Shown: positions 37,000 through 45,899, counted from the stretch's first letter. The stretch: 53,480 bases of DNA from a virus (IMGVR_UViG_3300042347_000977:1-53480), one strand, 5' to 3'. Program-made: numbers and translations. The notes: generated by a model not told the origin, from the sequence alone.

Positions 37000-39900
37000 G
37001 GTGTTTTCCAATTTTTTAAAATCTCGGCGGCTTCTTTTGCTGAGGGCGGGCGGTCTACAAACTTGCTCGGATCGATCGGCTTTTTCAAAAACCGCGAAGG
37101 GATGAGCGACTTGCCGGAGACGAGGCGTTGGCCGACGAGCATGGCCCCTGCGCCGCCGAGGGCGCTGGCTACGAGGCCTGCCTTCCAGAGCTTGCGCTCG
37201 TTTTCCGTCTTCTCATACCACTCCTTCGGGCGGCGTTCGCGGCGGCGGCTGCCAGGGGCAAAGACCCGTGCCGAGCGGCCACGCGGATCGCGGACATCCC
37301 ACCCTTCGTATTCCGCGATCGCATCGAGTTCGCGGAGCCTCTTCAGCTTTGCGGAGAATGCTTTTTTCGCGGTGACTTTGGTGAGGCCTTTCAAAATGTT
37401 CCCGCCGATCTCCGAGAGGCCATCCTTCGTAGCGCGCAGGCTTGCCTGGGTATTTGTGTAGGCTTTGCCGATCTTGGTATCCGGGTTGTTATTGGCATAG
37501 CGCACGGTGGCGAGCCCGCCCAATCCAGCCGCTGTCATGCCGATCTCGGTGGCCTTATTTTGGAACCAGCTTTTCTCCCACTCACGCTTCTTGATGCGCC
37601 CGCTGGCATCGCGCTCGCGTTCCTTACCTTGAAGGACTGCCGCCGCATCTCTCGTGAGCCGACCGCCGCGCTGCACAGTGACTCGCTTATTTTTCGCCTC
37701 GCGAGCTATCGAGTTCCAGAGCTGACCCGAACTCGGATCCCAGTTCACGCGAATCGCCTCGCCAGTCTCCTTATCCCGCACGACGCGGCCCGCGCTGTCG
37801 CGCTTGGCGACATACATCGGACGGTCGTTCGCCCAGCCCCAAGCAGGGTGTGCAAATTGCGAGTCTTCGTTGGACCGCACTCCACCGCCCTGCCGGGCAT
37901 CCCAGCGAGGTTGGTCGGAGCGGCCAAATTCCTTTGGCTCATCGAGCTTTTTCCAGCCCTTGTTCGACGGGCCATAGTAGCGAGATGCCGCCACCGAGGC
38001 TCCGACACCGGCCCCTGTGAGACCAATCGCCGTGCCATTCCGCTTCGCCCATCCGCCCACCGCCTTGGCGGCACGCTTGGCTGTATCCGCCATAGCGGAA
38101 AACTCGCGAAGTTTGATTTTTGTAGAAAACTTTTTCATATCCTTTCTCAGATTGCGAATCGAGTCCACCTGCTGCCCTTCATCCGCTCCCATGCCGCCGC
38201 CATAAAGCGCACCGCCCACGGCTCCGATCCCTGCGGCCCCCGCCAGAGGGGCCTTACGCAACCACATGGCAGGCCGTGAAAACGGCTCCGACTTCTTGGA
38301 TGCCGCCACAAGCGCCCGCGCTCCACCCCTGGTCTTGCGAAGCAGCAATGCCCCGCCAAGTCCTGCGCCTGCACCCACCAGCGTGCCGCCGATAGCCGCC
38401 CGCTTCATAAAGGGAGCGGACTCCTCCTTGCGCGGATCGCCCACGATCTTGCTGCCGAGCAACGCCCCGCCGCCGACGATACCCGCCGAGGCCAAACCGA
38501 GCTTGCCCGCCGTCTTCGCCGCGCCACGGAATGTCGCCCCACGCTTGAGCAACGCCAGAGAGCCAAGCGCCGCCCCACTGCCAAAGCCCGAGAGCCCAGC
38601 ACCCACATAGGGGTTCATGCCGCGCTTCTCACGATCCCGCTTCTCGAAAAATTTGATAGTGCGGAGGCGGGCGGAAAATCCCTTGAATCCATCTTTCCCA
38701 ATATAGTGATCCTTCCCATCTTGATCCCTATAAATTGAACCGCCGCCTTTTTTGCCATCCCAGCGACCCGCCCAAGACCATCCTTGAGCGCGAAGATGCC
38801 GAGGAATCCGCGCGTTCTCTTTCCTTAAATTCTCTTGCCAGAGCACCTCCCTTTCGGCCTTCCGCTCTGGGGAATTCCAATACTCGGGCGAGTTTTTGTC
38901 GTAAAAACCCGCAGGAGGCCCGAAACGCTTTCCCTCGAAAAATCTGACGCGTATCTTCGCCGCAAGCTGTTTCTCCTTGCGCGTAGCCAAATATCCAGCG
39001 CCAGCACCAGCAGCGGTTAATCCTGCCCCAGATATCACAGCGTCTCGCTTGAAACGATCAGCCGCCTGCTTGCGGTTGTCCTTTGCTATTTTTATGTATC
39101 GTTTCAGCCCAAATGTTCCGAACTTGGGTTGATAGTTTTTGCCAAACATTTCCCGACCATAAGCCGCCGCATCTTGACCAAAAAGTTCCCGAGCCATATC
39201 TGGGTCGTTTCCGTATACGCTTTCAACAGAACGCCGTGACTGGACCCCCGCCCACGCGCTATCCTTTGAGCGCATATCTTTCGCCCACTGAGTGTTAAGT
39301 TTTGCCGTCCGCCGCGCGAAGTGCCCAAAAGGATCATAATCAGTAATCAAATCAATACCCCTTTCTATTACCGGCACGATTTTTGACTTCAACACCCCAA
39401 ACTCTTTCAATCCGCGCAGCTTCGCACTCAAACTCTTCCGCGCTGGCCCCTGCCCACGGCCCTTGCCGTAACGGGATTGCCCAGGCGATTTGCCATCGCG
39501 CCGAGTCCGCACCCAAATGCCACGCGCCATCTGGCTTCGCTCCGTCTCATTCGGCGTGCGCACAGCGACCAACTCATCACCGCCACGCTTCTTTTTCTTA
39601 CGAGCCTCCTCCGCGCTCCGCGCGGCAATGCCTGTATTCCGCCCCTTGAAGTAGTAGAGCCGGTAGTCAAAGTTCTTCACGCCACGCAGGCGAGAGGAAA
39701 GATACTGGAAGCGAAGGGGCGTGAGATCGATCACATCGAGACTACTCGTAACGCCGCCACGCTCCGCCTTGGCGATGAAGTGATGGCCGTCCACCACCTT
39801 GCCATTCAGGATCAGAACGAATTTCTCGCCTTTCTTCAACTGATCGAAAACCATTTTTGCCGCCTTCGCTTTTTCGAGCTTGGAAACATTTGCGCGGGCC

Positions 39901-42074
39901 AGCTTGAGATTCGGAAGGTCCGCCATCATAGCCAGCTCCGAGGCAACCATGCCGTAGTGGATCACCTTATCGCCCGGCTTCGCATTGATAAAGCGAGCGA
40001 TGTCGGCCTGCACATTTTTAGGAAGACCCTCGATCGCCATATCTTCGACATACGCGGCAAACTCCTTCACCCCTCCTCTGTGCCCTCTGTGCCCTCTGTG
40101 GTTAAATTTCTTGTGGTTAAACTTCGCCGCAAACGCCTTCAGCCGCTTACCCGCCAGCCAGGCCGCTGCGCCGAGTCCACCCACGGCGGGGAGCAACTCC
40201 GCGCGCTTGCTGCCGCGATCACGCTCGCCGTAGATGTCGCGGTCGTTATTGGTGAGGGCACGGATGCCGATCACCCCGAGTCCGCCAGCGCCCGCCCCGA
40301 TGAGTGCGCGCTTGCTCGCGCCGATGCGGCCACGAGCCATAAGCCCCGCCAGCGCACCCGCGCCACCGGCGCGCAGGATATTCGCATCGCGGCGATCCAA
40401 GTCCTCATCGCGGAGCTTCTTCACGAAGCGATCCCTCGCCACGCGCCCCGTGAGCGGGATGCCCGCCTCGTCGGTTTGAAATTGATTGAAATAGCGCACG
40501 CGCTGCAAGAGCGCTGAGAGGTTCTTGCCATTCTTTTTGTCGCGCTTCGCCTTGACCTTGGCAGCGAGCCTTTCGGCATAAGAAAGTGGAGCCGCATCTT
40601 TTTTACCTTTCTTGGATTTTGCGGCAGGCTTGGCAGCAGGCTTGTTGGAGCCTGACTTTGCGGCAGACTTCTTGGCGCGCACTTGGGGATTCTCCTTCAG
40701 CTTTGCCTCCCAATCGGCTTCTTCCGCCGAGGCATCCGGTTCATTGATGTCGTCTGCCTCATCCAGATCGTCGAGATCGTCAGCCTCATCGGCATCCTCT
40801 TTTTTGGCCTTGGACTTTTTCTTACCTTTAGGCTTCGGATTGTTTTCCTTCCCTGCCGCGCGAAGTTTATCGCTGAGTCCTTCTGGAAAATCGGATTTCG
40901 GTTTCAGCGAAGCGCGGGCCTCATCGATCACATCGGCAGCGACCTTGCCATTGAATCCCCCGGAGGCGTGAGTGTCTTCCAATTTTTTGCGCAGGGCAGC
41001 ACGCTGCTCGGGCGTTCCTGTGAGCGGAACCTTGCCGACGCCTTTTTTCTCCCAAAATTCCTCATTCGTCGCGCTGGCGACTTTTGGCGCAGGCGCGCCA
41101 TCATCCACACGCCGCACGGACGACTTGATAGCCTCGACGCGGGACGCGGGGGTGGCAGGAGTCTCTGTTTTTGCAACTACGGGAGCCTTTGTTTTCGGAA
41201 CGACTGGCGCTGCGGGCGTGGACGGCACGGGGGCCGTCCCTCCAGACTGAGCGGCGGCAAATTTTGCGACCTTCGCTTGCCGCTTCGCCAGCTTTTGTTG
41301 CCTCGGCGTGAGCTTGCGGGGGGCCTTGGCAGCTTCCGCAGCCGCTGCGATTTCCTCTACTTCGGCAGCGGCATCGGCATTGGATAATGCCCCCTGCTTG
41401 TTGAGATTATCCACTGCCTTGACTTGCTGCGCCGCCGCCCCTTTCACTTTGGGAAGCGTTGGCGGTGGCGTCTGTGGCGGCGGCTGTGGGGAAGGTGTCT
41501 GTGGCGTCTGAGCCTGCGGTGTCTGTGGAGCAGGCTGAACGGACTTCGGGCGGCCACGAGGAGCAGGCGCGACATCCGCGACGTCGGCAGCGGCCTTACT
41601 GGCACGCAGCTTCGAGAGTTCCTCGGCTAGATCCTCGGCTCGCCGCACGGCCCCGCTGTTGCCGACCTTATACAACCCACGACCCAGCAAAGCTCCACCA
41701 CCAAGCAAACCCGCGCCCACGATGCCCGCTTTGATCAACCCGTTGCGTCGCTCTTTCTGCTTCTCCTGAGCAAAATCCTTATCGTAAGGATTTCCGTAAA
41801 AGCCGCCTGGAGGTTGATAATAGCGAAATTCTTTAAGCCTCATACCCAGCCGCCCTCGCGTCAACAGCTTGAATTGCCCATTATCCTCGATGTCGGGCAG
41901 TTCTGGCCAGCGATCCGCCTGCCCGGGATTTGCCTCGCGCAGATACCGACGCAGGGCTTGGCGCGTGCGGTGTTGACCCACCACATTCACGCCAGTCGAT
42001 GCAGGCGGCCTCAGATGGGGCTTGTTTATCAGAATCCTTGCCTTCTCGGCTGCTTTGCGAAGTAATTCACTCAT
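36996..42074 (-). CDS. Giant modular polyprotein-like head-region protein (1692 aa) with a ParB-like module
   Basis: About ten junction motifs, Lys/Arg-rich modules, Gly-zipper segments, VVDGHH. Confidence 0.8.
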   Translation of the reverse strand: MSELLRKAAEKARILINKPHLRPPASTGVNVVGQHRTRQALRRYLREANPGQADRWPELPDIEDNGQFKLLTRGRLGMRLKEFRYYQPPGGFYGNPYDKDFAQEKQKERRNGLIKAGIVGAGLLGGGALLGRGLYKVGNSGAVRRAEDLAEELSKLRASKAAADVADVAPAPRGRPKSVQPAPQTPQAQTPQTPSPQPPPQTPPPTLPKVKGAAAQQVKAVDNLNKQGALSNADAAAEVEEIAAAAEAAKAPRKLTPRQQKLAKRQAKVAKFAAAQSGGTAPVPSTPAAPVVPKTKAPVVAKTETPATPASRVEAIKSSVRRVDDGAPAPKVASATNEEFWEKKGVGKVPLTGTPEQRAALRKKLEDTHASGGFNGKVAADVIDEARASLKPKSDFPEGLSDKLRAAGKENNPKPKGKKKSKAKKEDADEADDLDDLDEADDINEPDASAEEADWEAKLKENPQVRAKKSAAKSGSNKPAAKPAAKSKKGKKDAAPLSYAERLAAKVKAKRDKKNGKNLSALLQRVRYFNQFQTDEAGIPLTGRVARDRFVKKLRDEDLDRRDANILRAGGAGALAGLMARGRIGASKRALIGAGAGGLGVIGIRALTNNDRDIYGERDRGSKRAELLPAVGGLGAAAWLAGKRLKAFAAKFNHKKFNHRGHRGHRGGVKEFAAYVEDMAIEGLPKNVQADIARFINAKPGDKVIHYGMVASELAMMADLPNLKLARANVSKLEKAKAAKMVFDQLKKGEKFVLILNGKVVDGHHFIAKAERGGVTSSLDVIDLTPLRFQYLSSRLRGVKNFDYRLYYFKGRNTGIAARSAEEARKKKKRGGDELVAVRTPNETERSQMARGIWVRTRRDGKSPGQSRYGKGRGQGPARKSLSAKLRGLKEFGVLKSKIVPVIERGIDLITDYDPFGHFARRTAKLNTQWAKDMRSKDSAWAGVQSRRSVESVYGNDPDMARELFGQDAAAYGREMFGKNYQPKFGTFGLKRYIKIAKDNRKQAADRFKRDAVISGAGLTAAGAGAGYLATRKEKQLAAKIRVRFFEGKRFGPPAGFYDKNSPEYWNSPERKAEREVLWQENLRKENARIPRHLRAQGWSWAGRWDGKKGGGSIYRDQDGKDHYIGKDGFKGFSARLRTIKFFEKRDREKRGMNPYVGAGLSGFGSGAALGSLALLKRGATFRGAAKTAGKLGLASAGIVGGGALLGSKIVGDPRKEESAPFMKRAAIGGTLVGAGAGLGGALLLRKTRGGARALVAASKKSEPFSRPAMWLRKAPLAGAAGIGAVGGALYGGGMGADEGQQVDSIRNLRKDMKKFSTKIKLREFSAMADTAKRAAKAVGGWAKRNGTAIGLTGAGVGASVAASRYYGPSNKGWKKLDEPKEFGRSDQPRWDARQGGGVRSNEDSQFAHPAWGWANDRPMYVAKRDSAGRVVRDKETGEAIRVNWDPSSGQLWNSIAREAKNKRVTVQRGGRLTRDAAAVLQGKERERDASGRIKKREWEKSWFQNKATEIGMTAAGLGGLATVRYANNNPDTKIGKAYTNTQASLRATKDGLSEIGGNILKGLTKVTAKKAFSAKLKRLRELDAIAEYEGWDVRDPRGRSARVFAPGSRRRERRPKEWYEKTENERKLWKAGLVASALGGAGAMLVGQRLVSGKSLIPSRFLKKPIDPSKFVDRPPSAKEAAEILKNWKTP

Positions 42075-42334
42075 CGTTTTTTCCCCTTTCCAAAAATAAA
42101 ATCATTCCCCTCCCGACCAAATCCCTTGTGTGCCTCCAGATAGTTCTTCTGCACCCGCCGCCGCTCCGGCGTCTGCCGCCAGAAATACTCGCTCCCCCGC
42201 TCCATATCCCGCTTGAGAGCTTCCATCCAAATCTGCTCCCGCTCCTCCTGCGACAGATACCGCCGCACCCGGCCCGCCTCCTTGAACGACAGGCAACCCG
42301 TGCCCTTTAACGAATTTTGACCTGCTCGACTCAT
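42071..42334 (-). CDS. Small basic hypothetical protein
   Basis: 87 aa with ATGA overlaps at both ends. Confidence 0.6.
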   Translation of the reverse strand: MSRAGQNSLKGTGCLSFKEAGRVRRYLSQEEREQIWMEALKRDMERGSEYFWRQTPERRRVQKNYLEAHKGFGREGNDFIFGKGKKR

Positions 42335-42828
42335 AATCCCCTCCCATAAGCCAACTCCCGCAAGCGCACCTTCGCGGAGAAGATGTTTTTCTTGGTGAAT
42401 CGCGCTGTTTCGCCGCGAGCGGCTCTCGCATCGTCGTAGGCATCGGCCAGCGTATCATGCACATTGTGCGAATGCGGCACGATCGCGCCTTTCGCATAGT
42501 CCGTTTTATCCAGAAAATCCGCCTTGTCCTTGCCAAGCACTTTTTGGCGCAACAAAAAGGTAGTCCTCCACTTCCCTGGACTCTCGATGTCCGGCGATAC
42601 AAGAGTGATGCCGGTCTTCTTGATCTTCGGATAAGAAACATCCCAACGCGTCTCGGCAGGATGAATGACAGGCTTGCCCACAAGCACCCCGCCCTTGGGA
42701 TTCTCGGCAACAAACTTCGCAAGCCGTTTCTTAAAGTCCTTGCCAGCAGCCTCCCACTTCTCGACATCAAAAAAATCCTCATCCGCCAACTTCAATCGCG
42801 GAATCCGCGCTAACTCCCGCAACCTCAT
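42331..42828 (-). CDS. Hypothetical protein bracketed by LRELA motifs
   Basis: Begins MRLRELAR and ends FSAKVRLRELAY; coupled to the portal stop. Confidence 0.7.
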   Translation of the reverse strand: MRLRELARIPRLKLADEDFFDVEKWEAAGKDFKKRLAKFVAENPKGGVLVGKPVIHPAETRWDVSYPKIKKTGITLVSPDIESPGKWRTTFLLRQKVLGKDKADFLDKTDYAKGAIVPHSHNVHDTLADAYDDARAARGETARFTKKNIFSAKVRLRELAYGRGL

Positions 42829-44534
42829 TTCTCCCCCTCCGTGCTCTCCGTGTTCTCCGTGGTTAATTTCTTTGGCCCATCGGGGATCATCTTCTCAGCC
42901 GCATTCCGCTCCACGCCATACAGGTTCATCAGATTGATAATCGCGCTTTCGCGATCCAATATCCCTTCGCCCACATTTTTCAGCAACTCCAAGAGCGGCT
43001 TCACATCCAAGCCCTGCGGAACGAGTCCAGGTGGCGGCGGCTGTGGCGGCTCGGCCATGGCGGCGAGGGCTTGAGTCGGCCCAGGCAGGCGTTGATTGAT
43101 GAGTTCGATCGGCACACCTGTCTCGGTGGCGACCCGTTGCAGGTAAGCCACTTCGCTCGCGCTACGGCGCACCACTTCCTCAAAAGATTGTCCTGTCTCG
43201 GCGATGAGGTCAGTAGCCGTGACGAGTCCGGCAGAGAGAAGCTGGAGATTTGCCGTAGTGTCGTGGCCGTAGTCGCCTGTGAGCGAGCGGCCAAAGCCCC
43301 ATCGGCCACTGCGCCATTTCGGGTGCGCTGGCAAGTCGCCGAGAGAAATACCAAGGCCGATCACGCGATCCCGCAGCGGGTCGAGGGCTTTCTCGCTAAG
43401 AAGTTTCTGGTAGCGGCGGATCGAGCGCATGGCTTGGGCGATTTCGATGCGACCCGTGTGACCCGAGAACGCCGTCATGTCATAAAGGAATCCGTAGGGC
43501 ATATTCAGCCCGCTCGCGATCTCGCGCACCATCACCTGCACCAGCGCCATAAAGGCTCCGCTCGGGCGGTTCGTGCCAGGAGCGAACTGGATGTCCTCGC
43601 CTTGCGAGAGCCGTTGGATTTTCCCTGCCTCCATCGCCATCGTGCCGGGCGAGTCGGGGCGGTTATCCTTCGTGCCATTCCACGCCGAGATGCCGCCATC
43701 GCGCCGAGTGGGGTCTGAAACCTTGATGAATCCCGCATGGCCCACCTGCCACTTCGCGGCGAGCTTCTCAAAGTGATACACCTCATACAAATCCCGCGCA
43801 GGAGCGATCACGGTCGAGAGCGCCGTGACGCCTCGGTATTGATCCACCCGCATCGGGTCGAAGATGTGAATGAACTGGTCGGCAGGGATTTCCTTCTCAA
43901 AGGAATACAAGGCCGTGCGCCGCTCGCGCTTGAAGATGCGGTAGGATACAGGTCGGCCCAAGTCGTCCACGATAACGCCGCCGATGTCGTTGTTGTTGCC
44001 GGGGTTCATCGGGTTGTTCGGATCCCCGATGCGGTCGGCCTCTATACTCTGAATGCGAAGCTGTTGCTTGCCGCCCTCCTCGATCTGCACCAAGTGCCAG
44101 CCGTGATCGCCGTCGACCAGCAAGCTCCACATCGCCATCCACACCAACGCGCCAAGCCGGTGACGGCCAGTAATATCCGCCTGCTCGCACCAGGCATGGA
44201 AATAGTCCTGATACATCGAATCGATCTCCTCATCCCCCGTTTGCGACACATACTGGACGGTATCCGCCGTGTATTGGACGATGCGCGAAATGATGCCGCG
44301 CAGGATCGAAAAATTCCGCACCACATCCCGCGCATCCCACAAGAGCACAAGACGATCCCGCTGCATCCGCCATGTCTCCGAGGAAGAGTTCTTCTGCCTC
44401 CCGCCGCTGCCCCCGCGATTCGTGCCAGGCTGAGCGGCGTCATACCCGAAAGCCTTCAACCGCTCCCGCGCCATCGCCCGACTCACCCCCGCCTCGGGGT
44501 CAAAAAAAGATACCGCTCGATCAAGAAAGTTCAT
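42825..44534 (-). CDS. Portal protein, lambda family
   Basis: YDAA, AR..VRN, LRIQ.IEADRI, GV..D..GRPV.Y, IH.F...R..QYRGV, IA.GL.MPY. Confidence 0.95.
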   Translation of the reverse strand: MNFLDRAVSFFDPEAGVSRAMARERLKAFGYDAAQPGTNRGGSGGRQKNSSSETWRMQRDRLVLLWDARDVVRNFSILRGIISRIVQYTADTVQYVSQTGDEEIDSMYQDYFHAWCEQADITGRHRLGALVWMAMWSLLVDGDHGWHLVQIEEGGKQQLRIQSIEADRIGDPNNPMNPGNNNDIGGVIVDDLGRPVSYRIFKRERRTALYSFEKEIPADQFIHIFDPMRVDQYRGVTALSTVIAPARDLYEVYHFEKLAAKWQVGHAGFIKVSDPTRRDGGISAWNGTKDNRPDSPGTMAMEAGKIQRLSQGEDIQFAPGTNRPSGAFMALVQVMVREIASGLNMPYGFLYDMTAFSGHTGRIEIAQAMRSIRRYQKLLSEKALDPLRDRVIGLGISLGDLPAHPKWRSGRWGFGRSLTGDYGHDTTANLQLLSAGLVTATDLIAETGQSFEEVVRRSASEVAYLQRVATETGVPIELINQRLPGPTQALAAMAEPPQPPPPGLVPQGLDVKPLLELLKNVGEGILDRESAIINLMNLYGVERNAAEKMIPDGPKKLTTENTESTEGEK

Positions 44535-44538
44535 ACGC

Positions 44539-45363
44539 TCATTGCGGAGCAGTCAACGACTGGCGCGTGTATCCTTGACCAGCCAGCTTGTAGGGCCGTA
44601 TTTTTAACAAATTGTCTCCGTGAACTTGCGTAATCTCCTGCTCAAAAGGGAAAGCATTATTAACGATTGATGCGCCTGATTTTTTTTGTTGATTGCGAAT
44701 TAAATCATTCAGCGATGTAGCATACACGCCAAGCACAGGCTCCTGCCCCGTAAGATATTCACGACTCACGGCTGGATTAACTGAAGTGCTTATAGCATCT
44801 CCGGTATTTTGGGAAATATGCGACCTCATCGGCCCCTCATTATCGATTCCCGCCCGCTTTAATTTGACTCTTGATTTTGCAGATTTACTATACTTTTGCC
44901 TGATTTTCTCAGGGAACCCCTCGCTCGCCAACCCCTTGCTATATTCGCCGCTTAATACAAAAGCATCATGCCTTGGAGTCCTTAAAGAATCCACTGTATC
45001 AGCCCCCCGATAATGCAAGATAGATTTTTTCCCGTCGATATCTACCAACTTCGGAGTAACCGGATTCCATACCTTGGCCCAAGCGTGAGCGCCTGTCGTA
45101 TGATTAAAAACCGGCATCGCAGCGGTCTGCGGACGCGAAACGCCAAATACACCGCGCACAGCCTGCCTGTCCCCGCCCTTTTCCAATTTACGCCGCAAAG
45201 ATTTAAGAATCGGGTCAGCAACTTTTCGCGGCACAGGGCTGATATTAAGAACCTTCCCACTAACAGACTGCACTCGCGCCAACTCCACCAACCGCCCGCT
45301 CACCTGCGCCAACTCGCGCAACCTCTCTCTGTGTCCTCTGCGTCCTCTGTGGTTAATCATCAC
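44539..45363 (-). CDS. ADP-ribosyltransferase (R-S-E class) with RELA leader
   Basis: HYRG, ISTS and FEQEI in the order and spacing of cholera/LT/pertussis-type ARTs. Confidence 0.75.
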   Translation of the reverse strand: MMINHRGRRGHRERLRELAQVSGRLVELARVQSVSGKVLNISPVPRKVADPILKSLRRKLEKGGDRQAVRGVFGVSRPQTAAMPVFNHTTGAHAWAKVWNPVTPKLVDIDGKKSILHYRGADTVDSLRTPRHDAFVLSGEYSKGLASEGFPEKIRQKYSKSAKSRVKLKRAGIDNEGPMRSHISQNTGDAISTSVNPAVSREYLTGQEPVLGVYATSLNDLIRNQQKKSGASIVNNAFPFEQEITQVHGDNLLKIRPYKLAGQGYTRQSLTAPQ

Positions 45364-45899
45364 ATCGACCTCCTCGCACTAAGCATGGCCTTGAATGTCG
45401 GGAACAGCCGTTCCACGATGCTTCTGCCGGGTCTTCTTCGGTTTTGCGTGGCGTAAGCGCCCACCTCGGCGATGTATCGCTTGACGGGGTTCATCATGCT
45501 TCTCACATAGGATTGCCCTTGGGATGCCGCCTTGGCCCGCTGGATCGAGTGGACGATCTCGTGTCTGAGCACGCTGCGCTTCACATCCGCCGCGCGGCTG
45601 AGGCCGTTTGCTTCAGCAATCGCCTGCCACCCTCCGGGCGAGGTCTTCTTGAGGCCGACAGAGATGGCTCCGTTTTTTCTGACTTTGGCTATTGCCGCCT
45701 CTTGGCCAGGAGCAAAACTTTCCCCTTGGTTGGTGAGCCGAAATGCCTCGGGAGCCTCGTATTCGCCACTCCCTCTCGGCAGGCTATGGTCTCCATAAAT
45801 GTATGGGCGCGAGTATTTGAGCGGATGTCCAAGTAGTCCAAACTCTCGGCTCACCTGCGCCAACTCGCGCAACCTCTCTCTGTTGCGGCTAATCCCCAT
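45360..45899 (-). CDS. HExxH zinc-metallopeptidase-like protein with RELA leader
   Basis: VLRHEIVHSIQ plus downstream E..AY. Confidence 0.65.
   Translation of the reverse strand: MGISRNRERLRELAQVSREFGLLGHPLKYSRPYIYGDHSLPRGSGEYEAPEAFRLTNQGESFAPGQEAAIAKVRKNGAISVGLKKTSPGGWQAIAEANGLSRAADVKRSVLRHEIVHSIQRAKAASQGQSYVRSMMNPVKRYIAEVGAYATQNRRRPGRSIVERLFPTFKAMLSARRSM

Noticed and set aside
28105-45899. Alternative genetic code or stop-codon readthrough explaining the odd ORFs
   Set aside because: Standard-code ORFs tile the region with ATGA overlaps, and the conserved genes are intact.
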